Of a DNA stretch of 64,000 nt, positions 29,270 to 39,695 are shown in pieces (the first letter of the stretch is position 1; each line of letters opens with the position of its first letter). Origin of the DNA: Alphaproteobacteria bacterium. Lineage in GTDB: Bacteria; Pseudomonadota; Alphaproteobacteria; MPNO01. The notes beneath the pieces were generated by a model, which was not told the DNA's origin, ran no database searches, and saw only the letters and a program-made list of their open reading frames with translations. A program made the position numbers and the translations under genes. The stretch spans positions 352,001 through 416,000 of the forward strand of contig CBDFLJ010000002.1 of the NCBI GenBank assembly GCA_965248835.1, given 5' to 3'.

Positions 29270-29311
29270 TGCGGCCGGATCCGCCCCGCCGCGAAGCGCG
29301 GTGACGCGGGT

Positions 29312-31693
29312 CTACGCCGTCCGGAGGGCCGCGAGAACCAGATCGGGCGACAGAGGAATGTCGTCGATCCTGGCGCCGAACGGTCGTATCGCGTCGTTGA
29401 CCGCATTGACCACCGCGGCCGCGGCACCGGCGGTGCCGGCCTCGCCCGCCCCCTTGGCGCCGAGCTCGGACAGGCCGGTCGGGGTCTCGATATGGGCGAC
29501 CTCGATATCGGGCGTCTCCAGGAACTGCGGGACCAGGTAATCGGCCATCGTCCCGCTCAGGAGCTGGCCCGCATCGTCGTAGACGCAGTGCTCCCACAGG
29601 GCTGCGCCGATGCCCTGGATCACGCCGCCGCGGACCTGCTCGTCGACGAGCTGGGGGTTGATCATCCTGCCGCAATCTTCGACCGCCCAGTGGTTGAGCA
29701 GCTTGATCTCCCCGGTCCCCGTATCGACCTCGACCCAAGCGGCCTGGACACCGTTGGTGAAGACGAACGGATAGTCCGTGACCCGGTAATGGCGGGTCAC
29801 CACCAGCTCCGGCTGATGGTCGTTGGGCAGGTCGTTGCCGCGGTAGAACGCGGTCCGGGCGACCTCCGAAAGCGCCATGCGCTGGCTGCCGGTGGCCTCA
29901 TCGACCACGGCGCCGTCGCGGATATCGAGGGTCTCTGGCTGCGCTTGCAGAAGGATCCCGGCGGTCTCAAGGACGTTGGCGCGCAGCGCGCGCGCCGCCT
30001 GCCACCCGGCCTCCCCGCCAATCCCGGCCGCGCGCGAGGCCCAGGTCCCGCCGCCATAGGGCGTGTGGTCGGTATCGCCGGTGATCACCCGGACCTTCTC
30101 CAGGGGGATGCCGAACCCGGTGGCGACGACCTGGCCCATGACTGCCTCGGCGCCCTGGCCCTGCTCGGTCACGCCGGTCGAGCACGTCACCGTCCCGCCC
30201 GCCTCCAACCGCAGCGTACAGCCGTCCTGGGCCGCGATATGCGCCCCGCCGACGCCGTAGAACATCGGGCTCGGATTGGTCACCTCGATGAAGGTTGCAA
30301 GCCCGATGCCGCGATAGATCCCCTCGGCCCGCAGCGCTTGCTGTTCGGCGCGCAGATCCGCGTATCCCATCATCTCTTCGAGCTTGTCGAGCGATGCCTG
30401 GTGCGACAGGCTCTCGAATCTGAGGCCCGAGGCCGACCCGCTGGGATAGGCGTCATCGGCGATCATGTTGCGCCGGCGGATGGCGAACGGATCGATCCCG
30501 GCAGCCTCGGCGGCGAGGTCGACCAGCCCTTCGGTCACCGAGCAGGCGATCGGATGGCCGACGGCGCGGTACTGGCACATCATCGCCTTGTTCTGGAACA
30601 CCACCCGCCCGCGTGCGCGATAGTTGGGACAGGCGTATTGCGATCCGACCAGGTTGAGGATCTGGTTGGTTTCGATCGCGCTGGTGCGGGGGTACATCGA
30701 ATAGGGCCCGATCCCGGTGAGATCGTCGATCTCGAAGGCCAGGATCTCGCCGTCGGCCGCGACAGCGATACGCCCGTCCACCCGGTGGTCGCGGGCGTGG
30801 ATGTCCGAGACGAAGGACTCCAGCCGGTCGGCGATGAACTTGACCGGGCGGCGCAGCATGAGGCTGAGCGCGGCCGTCGCGATCTCATCGCCGTAGGTGT
30901 GCACCTTGATGCCGAACGAGCCGCCGACATCGGGGGTGATGACGCGCACCGCGTCCTCGGGCAGGTCCAGATGCTTGGAAAGGATATATTGGATCATGTG
31001 CGGGCATTGGGTGGCGAGCCACACCGTCAGCCTTCCGTCGCCCGGATCGAAGCTTGCCAGCGCCGCGCGGGGCTCCAGGCAGACGCCGGTATGCCGGCCG
31101 AAGCCGAACGAGGCCTCGACCACATGGGCGGCCGCCGCGAGCGCCTCCTCGGTCTGTCCGACGTCGATATTGCGCTCCCAGGCGAGGTTGTCGCCGAGCT
31201 CGGCATGGATCGGCGCCGCGCCGGCGGCGAGCGCCGCCTCGGCATCGACGACCGGCTCGAGCGGGGCGTAGTCGATTTCGACCAGCGCGGCCGCGTCCTC
31301 GGCGACCGCGCGGCTGTCGGCCAGGACCGCGGCCACCGGCTCGCCCTGCCAGCGCGCGACCGTGGTCGCCATCGCCGGCTGCGGCGGCGACTTCAGGCCC
31401 TGCAGATGGGTCAGCACGCCGACCCAGGGCGTGCAGTGTTGGGCGAGCTCTGCCCCCGTCACCACGGCGACGACGCCGGGCATCGCACGCGCGGCATCGC
31501 TGCGGATGGCATCGATCCGCGCGTGGGCGTGGGGGCTGCGCAGGAAGGCGGCGTGCACCATGCGCGGCAGGCTGACGTCGTCGACGAAGCGCCCGCGGCC
31601 CGCCGTGTGCCGTCCGGCCGCCTCGCGCGGCGCGCTGCGCCCGATATAGGAGTTCGGCCGGTCGAATCGTGTCAGTATGACCTGGTCCGCCAT
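29312..31693 (-). CDS. Xanthine-oxidase-family molybdopterin large subunit (CoxL-like; loop QYRAVG)
   Basis: RSPHAHARI, GGSFG.K, QGQG, WASR, INPQLVDEQVRGG and GAKGAGEAG; start at MADQVILT. Confidence 0.92.
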   Translation of the reverse strand: MADQVILTRFDRPNSYIGRSAPREAAGRHTAGRGRFVDDVSLPRMVHAAFLRSPHAHARIDAIRSDAARAMPGVVAVVTGAELAQHCTPWVGVLTHLQGLKSPPQPAMATTVARWQGEPVAAVLADSRAVAEDAAALVEIDYAPLEPVVDAEAALAAGAAPIHAELGDNLAWERNIDVGQTEEALAAAAHVVEASFGFGRHTGVCLEPRAALASFDPGDGRLTVWLATQCPHMIQYILSKHLDLPEDAVRVITPDVGGSFGIKVHTYGDEIATAALSLMLRRPVKFIADRLESFVSDIHARDHRVDGRIAVAADGEILAFEIDDLTGIGPYSMYPRTSAIETNQILNLVGSQYACPNYRARGRVVFQNKAMMCQYRAVGHPIACSVTEGLVDLAAEAAGIDPFAIRRRNMIADDAYPSGSASGLRFESLSHQASLDKLEEMMGYADLRAEQQALRAEGIYRGIGLATFIEVTNPSPMFYGVGGAHIAAQDGCTLRLEAGGTVTCSTGVTEQGQGAEAVMGQVVATGFGIPLEKVRVITGDTDHTPYGGGTWASRAAGIGGEAGWQAARALRANVLETAGILLQAQPETLDIRDGAVVDEATGSQRMALSEVARTAFYRGNDLPNDHQPELVVTRHYRVTDYPFVFTNGVQAAWVEVDTGTGEIKLLNHWAVEDCGRMINPQLVDEQVRGGVIQGIGAALWEHCVYDDAGQLLSGTMADYLVPQFLETPDIEVAHIETPTGLSELGAKGAGEAGTAGAAAAVVNAVNDAIRPFGARIDDIPLSPDLVLAALRTA

Positions 31694-31837
31694 CTCGCCC
31701 CCGCTGCGCTTGTTTTCTCCTGTCCAAAGCTCTATGCCGCCTATGGGCGAACGGTCAAGCCGTTTGGGACATTGAGGCCTTGCCGAGCCGCCCCCGGTGT
31801 TGCGATCATCGGCCGTCACTGCGAAGGGAAAATACCG

Positions 31838-32260
31838 ATGGCACTGACCAGCCTGGACCACTGTTCGATCAGGACAGCGAAGCTCGACGAGACGCGCGAC
31901 TTCTATGTCGATGTCCTGGGGCTCGAGGACGGCGACCGGCCGGACTTCCCGTTCCCCGGCAACTGGCTCTATGCCGATGGTGTGGCGGTGGTCCATCTGG
32001 TCGGCATCGATCCGGACGACCCGTCCGGGCTTGAGGACTATCTCGGCGCCGTTCCGCTGGAAGAGCTCCAGGGCAGCGGCGCGGTCGATCACATCGCGTT
32101 CCGCGCCGGCGATGCCATCGCCCTGATAGCGAAGCTGCGCGGCATGGGGGTCGATTTCCGCGAGCGCCTGATCGCCAACATGGACCTGTTCCAGCTGTTT
32201 CTCGAGGACCCCAACGGGATCACCGTCGAGCTCAACTATTTCGGCGAAGACGGCAAGTAG
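31838..32260 (+). CDS. VOC/glyoxalase family protein
   Basis: LDHCSI, FYVDVLGL, VDHIAF and DPNGITVELN. Confidence 0.9.
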   Translation: MALTSLDHCSIRTAKLDETRDFYVDVLGLEDGDRPDFPFPGNWLYADGVAVVHLVGIDPDDPSGLEDYLGAVPLEELQGSGAVDHIAFRAGDAIALIAKLRGMGVDFRERLIANMDLFQLFLEDPNGITVELNYFGEDGK

Positions 32261-32269
32261 GACCCGCTC

Positions 32270-33472
32270 ATGCAGATGGCGGCGGCGGGGGATGTGATCC
32301 CCTCGGACGAGGAGCTGATCGCCCGCGCCCGCGACCTGGTGCCGGCGATCGCCGCGCGGGCCGACGAGACCGAGCGGATACGCCGGATCCACCCCGACAC
32401 CATTGCCGACATCGAAAAGGCCGGCCTGTGGCGCGTGCTCCAGCCGGTGCGCTATGGCGGTTACGAAGGCCACTACGAGGTGTTCATCGACATCGGCGAA
32501 GAGTTCGGCCGAGCCTGCACCTCGACCGCCTGGGTGTGGGTCAACCTGGTCTCGCACAACTGGATGCTGGGCATGTGGCCGGTTGATGGCCAGGAGGCGG
32601 TGTGGGGACCCGACCCCGGCGCGCGCATCGGCTCGGCGACGATCTACCCGCCGGGCAAGGTCGTCCCGGTCGAGGGAGGCTACCGGCTGAGCGGGCGCTG
32701 GCCGTTCTCCAGCGGCATCGATGCCTCGGACTGGGTGATGCTGGGCGGCATGGTCCCGCCCGAGGACCAGGACGCGAAGCCGGTGCCGAGGGTCTTCGTC
32801 CTGCCGGTGGATGTGATCGAGGTGATCGACAATTGGGACGTGATGGGCCTGCTGGGCACCGGCTCCAAGGACGTGGCCTGCACCGATGTCTTCGTGCCGG
32901 CCTGCATGACGCTGAGCCCGCACGAGATGCGCGGCGAGGTGACGCCCGGCATGGCCGTCAATCCGAACCCGCTCTACCGCCTACCTCTGCTGGCCCTTTT
33001 CCCGCATATTATCGGCGGCGCGCTGCTCGGCGGCGCCCGCGGGGCCTATGACAGCTATGTCGAGGAGATGCGCAGCCGTGTCGCGACCTTCAACGCCGGT
33101 CGGATCGCCGATCACGCGGCGGTCCAGCTCAGGATCGCCGAGGCCGGCTCGATGATCCGCGCGGCCCGCCAACTGCTGCGCGACGGCCCGCGCGAAGGTC
33201 ATCGCATCGCCGCAGCCGGACGCGCTCCGAGCGAGCAGGAAAAGACCCGCTGGCGCGCCGACGCCGCCTATGCCTGCCGGCTGTGCCGCGATGCGGTCGA
33301 TGTGCTGCACGATGCCTCGGGCGGCGGCGGCAACTACCGCGCCAACAAGCTGCAACGCTTTTTCCGCGATGTTCATGCCGGCTGCGGCCACATCGGCGTG
33401 TCCTGGGACGCCAACGGCGCCGAGCACGGCCGTTCCGTGCTGGGCCTGCCGGTCGGCAATTTCCTGCTATGA
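32270..33472 (+). CDS. Group D flavin monooxygenase, oxygenase subunit (HsaA-like)
   Basis: LQPVRYGG, SGRWPFSSG, NW...GL.GTGS and QRFFRDVH. Confidence 0.88.
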   Translation: MQMAAAGDVIPSDEELIARARDLVPAIAARADETERIRRIHPDTIADIEKAGLWRVLQPVRYGGYEGHYEVFIDIGEEFGRACTSTAWVWVNLVSHNWMLGMWPVDGQEAVWGPDPGARIGSATIYPPGKVVPVEGGYRLSGRWPFSSGIDASDWVMLGGMVPPEDQDAKPVPRVFVLPVDVIEVIDNWDVMGLLGTGSKDVACTDVFVPACMTLSPHEMRGEVTPGMAVNPNPLYRLPLLALFPHIIGGALLGGARGAYDSYVEEMRSRVATFNAGRIADHAAVQLRIAEAGSMIRAARQLLRDGPREGHRIAAAGRAPSEQEKTRWRADAAYACRLCRDAVDVLHDASGGGGNYRANKLQRFFRDVHAGCGHIGVSWDANGAEHGRSVLGLPVGNFLL

Positions 33473-35772
33473 TCGGCCGATCGATCCCGCGCAGCGAGGA
33501 TTTCAGGCTGGTCACCGGCCACGGCCGGTTCAGCGACGATGTCGACCGTCCGGGCCAGGCGTTCGCCTGCATGGTCCGCTGCCCCCATGCCCACGCCGAA
33601 ATCGGCGACATCGCGATCGATGCGGCGCTCGCCGTGCCGGGCGTCATTGCCGTGCTGACCGGCCGGGATGCCGCAGACGACGGGCTGGCCATGATCCCGC
33701 ACATCACCATCCCGTCGAGCCCGCCCGACATCGCGATCGCCAATACCGACGGCTCGCCGGTCTTCGAGCCGCCGCACGAGGTGATCCCGCTGGCCCGCGT
33801 CCGCCATGTCGGCGAGGCCGTGGCCGTCGTCCTGGCCGAGTCCGAAGCGGCCGCCAGGGACGGGGGCGAGCGGGTCGCGGTCGACTACCGGCCGATCGAT
33901 CCGGTCATCGCGACCCGGCAGACCCTCGAGTCCGGACCGCTGGTCTGGCCCGATCACGGCTCCAACGTCTGCATCGACGGCACGGTGGGCGATGCCGAAG
34001 CAGTCGCGCGCGCCTTCGAGACGGCCCATGAGGTGGTCACTCTGGAGACCACCGTGTCGCGCTGCACCGGAGTGCCGATGGAGCCGCGTGCCGCGGTCGC
34101 TTCCTACGATGAACGGACCGGGCGCTACGATCTTCACGCCGGCTCCGGCGGGGTGGTCCGCCACAAGGAGGACCTGGCTGCGATCCTCGGGGTCGCCGCC
34201 GAGGATCTGCGGGTGACGGCGAACGATGTCGGCGGCAATTACGGCACCCGAAATGCGCTCTATCCCGAGTTCGCGATCGTGCTCTGGGCGGCGCGGCGGA
34301 TCGGCCGGCCGGTCAAGTGGACCGGCGATCGGACCGAGATGTTCCTCTCCGACTTCCAGGCCCGCGACCTGGTCGTCCGCGCCGAGCTCGCGCTGGCCGC
34401 CGACGGCCGGTTCGAGGCCTTGCGGATCTCCAATATCAGCAATATCGGCGCGCACGGGGTCTCGTTCATCCCGCTGGTCAAGGGCGTGGAGATCTTCCCG
34501 CTGACCTACCGGATCGGCGCTTGCCACGCGCGGGCGCGGGCGGTGACGTCGAACACCCCGCCGACCTATCCCTACCGCAGCGCCGGCCGGCCCGAAGTGA
34601 CCTACGCCATGGAGCGGCTGATCGACATCGCCGCCGACCGGCTCGGGCTCGACCGGCTGGCGATCCGGCGGCGCAACATCGTCCCGACCGAGGCAATTCC
34701 ATATGCCAACGGGCTCGGCCTGGTCTACGACAGCGGCGATTTCCCTGTTGCGATGGAGGCCGCCGTCGCGCTCGGCGACTGGCACGGCGCGGCCGCGCGC
34801 AAGTCCGCCGCCGCCGCCCGCTCCCGGCTGCACGGCATTGGCATCGCCAACTACCTCGACCTCGCCACCGGCTCGCCCTACGAACGGACCGAGATGACGG
34901 TCTCGCCCGACCACCGCATCGACGTGGTGATCGGCACCCAGGATTCGGGCCAGGGCCATGAGACCGCGTTCGGCCAGGTGGTGGCTGCGCTCCTGGGCGT
35001 GCCGTTCGAGACGGTGCGGTTGATCACCGGCGATACCGACGTGGTCGCCGTCGGCGGCGGCTCGCATTCCGGGCGGTCGATGCGGCTGGGCGCGATGATC
35101 CTGAGCCAGGCCGCCGAGGAGATCATCGCCACGGGAAGCGGCATCGCCGCCGAGATGCTGGAGGCCGCCGCCGCGGACATCGATTACGCCGACGGCCGCT
35201 TCACCGTGGTCGGCACCGACCGGTCGGTCGGGCTGTTCGAGGTCGCGGGCGCCGCGCCCGACCCGCTGTCCGCGGCCGCCCAGGTCGAGCACCGCCAGGC
35301 CGCCTTCGGCAGCGGCTGCCATGTCTGCGAGGTCGAGATCGATCCGGAGACCGGCGAGACCGAGATCCTGCGCTATGCCGCGGTCGATGACGTCGGCCGG
35401 GCGATCAACCCGATGCTGATCGACGGCCAAACCCACGGCGGCATCGTCCAAGGCCTGGGACAGGCGCTGATGGAGCGCTGCGTCTACGATCCGGAATCCG
35501 GCCAGCTCCTGAGTGCGAGCTTCATGGACTACGCGATGCCCCGGGCCGACCGGACGCCCAGCTTTGCCACCCGCCTGATCGAGGTGCCGAGCCCGCAGAA
35601 CCCGCTGGGCGTCAAACCGGGCAGCGAGGGCGGCACGGCGGTCTCCCCGGCCGTGATCGCCAATGCGATCGTCGATGCCCTGGCACCGCTCGGCGTGCGC
35701 CATATCGAGCTGCCGGCGAGCCCGGAATGCATCTGGCGAGCGATCCGCGAGGCCGCGCAAGGCGACGCCTGA
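33469..35772 (+). CDS. Xanthine-oxidase-family molybdopterin large subunit (form II CoxL-like; loop PYRSAGR)
   Basis: PMEPR, GGNYG, YRSAGRPE, GQGHET and INPMLIDGQTHGG; ATGA overlap with the upstream gene. Confidence 0.9.
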   Translation: MIGRSIPRSEDFRLVTGHGRFSDDVDRPGQAFACMVRCPHAHAEIGDIAIDAALAVPGVIAVLTGRDAADDGLAMIPHITIPSSPPDIAIANTDGSPVFEPPHEVIPLARVRHVGEAVAVVLAESEAAARDGGERVAVDYRPIDPVIATRQTLESGPLVWPDHGSNVCIDGTVGDAEAVARAFETAHEVVTLETTVSRCTGVPMEPRAAVASYDERTGRYDLHAGSGGVVRHKEDLAAILGVAAEDLRVTANDVGGNYGTRNALYPEFAIVLWAARRIGRPVKWTGDRTEMFLSDFQARDLVVRAELALAADGRFEALRISNISNIGAHGVSFIPLVKGVEIFPLTYRIGACHARARAVTSNTPPTYPYRSAGRPEVTYAMERLIDIAADRLGLDRLAIRRRNIVPTEAIPYANGLGLVYDSGDFPVAMEAAVALGDWHGAAARKSAAAARSRLHGIGIANYLDLATGSPYERTEMTVSPDHRIDVVIGTQDSGQGHETAFGQVVAALLGVPFETVRLITGDTDVVAVGGGSHSGRSMRLGAMILSQAAEEIIATGSGIAAEMLEAAAADIDYADGRFTVVGTDRSVGLFEVAGAAPDPLSAAAQVEHRQAAFGSGCHVCEVEIDPETGETEILRYAAVDDVGRAINPMLIDGQTHGGIVQGLGQALMERCVYDPESGQLLSASFMDYAMPRADRTPSFATRLIEVPSPQNPLGVKPGSEGGTAVSPAVIANAIVDALAPLGVRHIELPASPECIWRAIREAAQGDA

Positions 35773-35808
35773 GCCGGCGGAGAGCGGGAACGTCAACGTC
35801 CCGGCAAC

Positions 35809-36750
35809 TCACCGTGCCGCTGTGCCGTGCGCGGGGCGGCCGGCCGCAGCGTGCTTGAGGCAGGCATAGGCGGTCCGGTGCACCGGGGTCGGGATGCCCA
35901 GAGCCTCGCCGATCGCGACCACCGCGCCGCTCAGCCATTCGACCTCCAGCCGCCTGCCGGCCTCCAGATCCTCCAGCATCGACATCCTGGACGCCGGATC
36001 GAAAGTCTCCGCAAACGCCAGCGTGCGGGGGACGATGTCCTCGGCCAGCGCGATGCCCTTGGCGCGGGCCAGCGCCTCGATCTCCGTCATCGCGTCCACG
36101 AACGACGCCTTGATGTCGGCATCGGTCTGGATCGCCCCGATCGGCTGGCGGCCGAGGCAGCCGACGGCGCTGGCCGAGGCGAGGAACAGGAACTTCTCCC
36201 ACAAGGCACGCCGAATATCCGCGTTGACCTCGACATCGATCCCGGCGGCGGTTGCCGCTCCGCGGAACCGCTCCAGCCGGTCGCTGGCGCGTCCGTCCAG
36301 CTCGCCCACGACCAGGCGGTGCGTCCTGCCCAGGTGGCGAACCCGGCCGGGCTCGGGAACCGAGGTGGAAATGAACACGAGCCCGCCGACGGCACGCAAG
36401 GGGCCGACCAGGGCCGGCAGCCAATCGGGCATCGCCACGCCGTTCTGGATACCGATCACCGCGGTCTCCGGTCCCAGCATCGGCGCGATCGATGCGCACG
36501 CCGCCGCGACGTCATAGAGCTTGACCGTCAGCACGACGACATCGACCCGACCGACCGCGGCCGGATCGCCGCTGGCCGCGATATGCGCCAGGCTTACGTC
36601 CCCCAGGGGGCTGTCGAGGCGCAGTCCGCGGCGCCTCATGGCCTCCAGATGCGCCCCGCGCGCGATCAGGACGGTATCGGCTCCGGCGGCGGCGAGCCGC
36701 GCGCCGAGATAGGATCCGACCCCGCCGGCGCCCATGATCGCGATCCTCAT
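35809..36750 (-). CDS. panE: 2-dehydropantoate 2-reductase family
   Basis: GAGGVG, VKLYD, QNG, LWEKF and SMLEDL..GRRLE. Confidence 0.9.
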   Translation of the reverse strand: MRIAIMGAGGVGSYLGARLAAAGADTVLIARGAHLEAMRRRGLRLDSPLGDVSLAHIAASGDPAAVGRVDVVVLTVKLYDVAAACASIAPMLGPETAVIGIQNGVAMPDWLPALVGPLRAVGGLVFISTSVPEPGRVRHLGRTHRLVVGELDGRASDRLERFRGAATAAGIDVEVNADIRRALWEKFLFLASASAVGCLGRQPIGAIQTDADIKASFVDAMTEIEALARAKGIALAEDIVPRTLAFAETFDPASRMSMLEDLEAGRRLEVEWLSGAVVAIGEALGIPTPVHRTAYACLKHAAAGRPAHGTAAR

Positions 36751-36985
36751 CGGCGTCAGTCCGCGCGCGGCCCGGCGGGCGTGAACCCGACCCGGGCCGC
36801 AGGGATCAGGACCGACCGCATCGCGCTTCCCCGCGCTGTTGGTGGGGCGAGGAGCCTATCACGCAACCCCGCCGGCGGGCTATTCGGGGCCGGGGCGGTG
36901 CCACCGTTTCCTGTCGCCTTATCCTCGAGCACGGGTAATATGGCTTCGGCCGTACGCGCGGAGGCCGAGCCATCGGGGAGAGCCC

Positions 36986-37669
36986 ATGAGCGACGTTCAT
37001 TTTGCCGGCCCGCGTGAGGAAATGGTCTCGGAGATCGCCGAGCACGTGCGCGCAACGGCCGATGAGATCGGCCGTCATCGCCTCGACGAGCGGGTGATGT
37101 CGGTGATGGGAAAGGTTCCTCGGCACGCCTTCGTGCCGGTCGAGCTGCGCGGTTTCGCGTATGTCAATTCGCCGCTGCCCATCGGCTACGGCAAGACCAT
37201 CTCCCAGCCCTACATCAACGCCGTGATGACCGATCTCCTGGACGTCCGGCCCGAGGACATCGTGCTCGAGGTCGGGACCGGCTTCGGCTACCAGGCGGCG
37301 CTTCTGGCCGAGCTCGCCGCACAGGTCTACACGATCGAGATCATCGAGGAGCTTGCCCAAAGCGCGCGGCGCAGGCTCGCGGATGAGGGCTATCGGAACA
37401 TCGAGGTTCGCCACGGCGACGGCTCCCGCGGCTGGTCCGAGCACGCGCCTTTCGACCGCATCCTGCTCGCTGCCGCGCCGGATCTGGTGCCCCCGCCGCT
37501 GCTCGGCCAGCTCAAGCCCGGCGGGCGGATGGTTCTGCCCGCCGGCATCGAGGACGCCCAGCAGCTCATGGTCGTCGACAAGGACCGCGGCGGAAAGCTC
37601 ACCATGCGGGAGGTGCTGGGCGTGCGCTTCTCGCCGCTCCATGTCGACGACGACCCAGCGAGCATTTGA
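36986..37669 (+). CDS. pcm: Protein-L-isoaspartate O-methyltransferase
   Basis: VPRHAFVP, TISQPY, VLEVGTGFGYQAA and GDGSRGW..APFDRI. Confidence 0.95.
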   Translation: MSDVHFAGPREEMVSEIAEHVRATADEIGRHRLDERVMSVMGKVPRHAFVPVELRGFAYVNSPLPIGYGKTISQPYINAVMTDLLDVRPEDIVLEVGTGFGYQAALLAELAAQVYTIEIIEELAQSARRRLADEGYRNIEVRHGDGSRGWSEHAPFDRILLAAAPDLVPPPLLGQLKPGGRMVLPAGIEDAQQLMVVDKDRGGKLTMREVLGVRFSPLHVDDDPASI

Positions 37670-37701
37670 AGTGCCTGACCGGCAGGCGGTCGAGGCGCTG
37701 A

Positions 37702-38466
37702 TCAGGCCATCGTCTCGCCGCCGTCGAGCGAGATCACTTGGCCGGTGATGTAGCTCGCCTCGGGACCCAGCAGGAAGACGATCATCGGCGCGATCTCGTC
37801 CGCCCGGCCGAGCCGGCCGATCGGGACGACTTCGGCGCGCTTGGCGGCCACAGCCTCGAACTCGGCCGCCGGCACCAGGCCGCGCCACAATGGCGTGTCG
37901 ATCGGGCCGGGTGCGACGGCGTTGCAACGGATGCCGAGCGGGCCCTTCTCGCGGGCGAGCGACTTGGTGAAGCCGATGATGGCGCCCTTGGCGGCGGAAT
38001 AGTGGGCGGCCTGCGCCTGGCCGCGCAGGGCATGGAGCGAGGACATGTTGACGATCGCCCCCGCCTTGGCCGCGATCATGTCGGGCAGCGCCGCGCGGCA
38101 GACGTTGAAGGTCCCGGTGACGTGGACGGCAAACATCGCCGCCCAGTCCGCATCGGTGATGTCCTGGACTTCGACCACCTGGTAGAAGCCGGCGATGTTG
38201 ACCACGGCATCGATGGTCCCCAGCGCGGCCTGCGCCGCAGCGACGGCGTCATTGACGGCCGTCGGGTCGGCGACGTCGAGCGTGATCGGAAACGCCTTGC
38301 CGCCGGCCGACTCGATCGCGGATGCAGTCTGGCGCGCGCCGTCTTCGTTGCGGTCGGCGATCGCCACCGCCGCGCCGGCGGCGGCCAGCAGTCTGGCCGT
38401 CTCCCGGCCCATGCCGCTGCCGCCGCCGGTGACGAACCCGACCCGTCCGTCCATGGTTCCCGGCAT
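37702..38466 (-). CDS. SDR oxidoreductase
   Basis: TGGGSGMG, YSAAK, NAVAPG and YITGQ. Confidence 0.9.
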   Translation of the reverse strand: MPGTMDGRVGFVTGGGSGMGRETARLLAAAGAAVAIADRNEDGARQTASAIESAGGKAFPITLDVADPTAVNDAVAAAQAALGTIDAVVNIAGFYQVVEVQDITDADWAAMFAVHVTGTFNVCRAALPDMIAAKAGAIVNMSSLHALRGQAQAAHYSAAKGAIIGFTKSLAREKGPLGIRCNAVAPGPIDTPLWRGLVPAAEFEAVAAKRAEVVPIGRLGRADEIAPMIVFLLGPEASYITGQVISLDGGETMA

Positions 38467-38475
38467 GATCGACCT

Positions 38476-39633
38476 CTACTCGGCGGCGGCGGCAAGCCGG
38501 CGCTTCTTCTGCCTGACCTTGATGCCGTAAAACTTCTCGGCGTTGCGGTAGAGGATCTTCTCCTTCTGCACTTCGGTGATGTCGGTGCGCTCGCCCAAAT
38601 CCTCGCCCGAGCCCTCGCGCTCCTCCAAATGCGGCATGTCCTCGGAGACCATGATCTTGTCATCGCCGAGATAGCCGAGAACCTGGGGCAGCAGCAGCTC
38701 GTCGGCCTCGGCGGTGACGTAGATGCGGTCCTTGTAGGTCTCGGGCGACTTGCTGGTGATCTTGCCGAGCCCGAAGGAGGAGCGGAAGAATTCCGCCACC
38801 GGGTAGTAGTGGTTCATGCGCGCCAGGTACCACGGCAGCCAGCCGCACCCGCCCTCGAGAAAGATCGCCCGCAGCCTGGGATGGCGGTCGAGGATGCCGC
38901 CGCCGGCAAAGCTGTAGAATCCCATCAGGAGCGGCAGGGTGAAGGAGACGTTGAGCGAGCTGGAATGCTCATCGCACATCCGGCGCATCGAGCCCAACGG
39001 CCAGCCGACATGGACCGCGACTGGCAAATCCACCTCCTGGGCGGCCGCCCAGACGGGGTCGAACTCCGGCATATGGAGCAGTCTCTCGCCGACGGTGCCG
39101 AAGCACATCAGCGAGACCGCGCCGGCGTCCTTGACGCGGTGGATCTCCCTGACCGCCGCCTTGGGCTCGCACAGGGGGAGCACCGCAGCCCACTTCAGCC
39201 GGTTCGGCGCTTCGGCGCAGCGCTCGGCGATCCATTTGTTGTAGCTCACCGTCAGCGCGGTCTGGAAGGCATCGTCATCGGTCAGCGGCGCGAAAAGCAG
39301 CGTCGAATAGACCACCTGGATGTCGATCCCCGCGCGGTCGAGGTCAGCGAGCCGGGCCGGTACATCCATCAGCGACTGGTTGCCGATGGAGAACTCCTTC
39401 AAGCCGGCATGGACCGACGACAGCGGACAGCCGATCTGGATCGTGCCCGGGCCCCAGGTCCACTGGATGGCCTTTCCATCGACGAACCAGAACGCGTTGT
39501 CGACGCCCATATAGGGCGCGTCCTGCTGCGGAATGGTGATCGGGATCGGCCGGCGGTCGCGGTATTTTTTGGGCAGATAGTCCCAGGTCTGCTCGACCTC
39601 GAAGACATGGGAATCCGCATCGATATAGGGCAT
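38476..39633 (-). CDS. Amidohydrolase_2 family (decarboxylase/hydratase-type)
   Basis: IDADSH, GIDIQV, VAVH, LEGG.GW and SEDMPH. Confidence 0.85.
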   Translation of the reverse strand: MPYIDADSHVFEVEQTWDYLPKKYRDRRPIPITIPQQDAPYMGVDNAFWFVDGKAIQWTWGPGTIQIGCPLSSVHAGLKEFSIGNQSLMDVPARLADLDRAGIDIQVVYSTLLFAPLTDDDAFQTALTVSYNKWIAERCAEAPNRLKWAAVLPLCEPKAAVREIHRVKDAGAVSLMCFGTVGERLLHMPEFDPVWAAAQEVDLPVAVHVGWPLGSMRRMCDEHSSSLNVSFTLPLLMGFYSFAGGGILDRHPRLRAIFLEGGCGWLPWYLARMNHYYPVAEFFRSSFGLGKITSKSPETYKDRIYVTAEADELLLPQVLGYLGDDKIMVSEDMPHLEEREGSGEDLGERTDITEVQKEKILYRNAEKFYGIKVRQKKRRLAAAAE

Positions 39634-39695
39634 GGCCGTCCTGCTCTCCGATCATTGGCGTCGCCGCGGAGTGTCGGTGACCCGCCGGTCGGGCG

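Noticed and set aside
29312-32923. 1203-aa and 886-aa (53091-55751) ORFs suggesting giant fusion proteins
   Set aside because: The N-terminal parts are antisense read-through over other real genes; true starts are at 31693 and 54492.
29312-35772. Aerobic CO dehydrogenase
   Set aside because: Neither large subunit has the form I AYxCSFR loop, and there are no coxMS or accessory genes.
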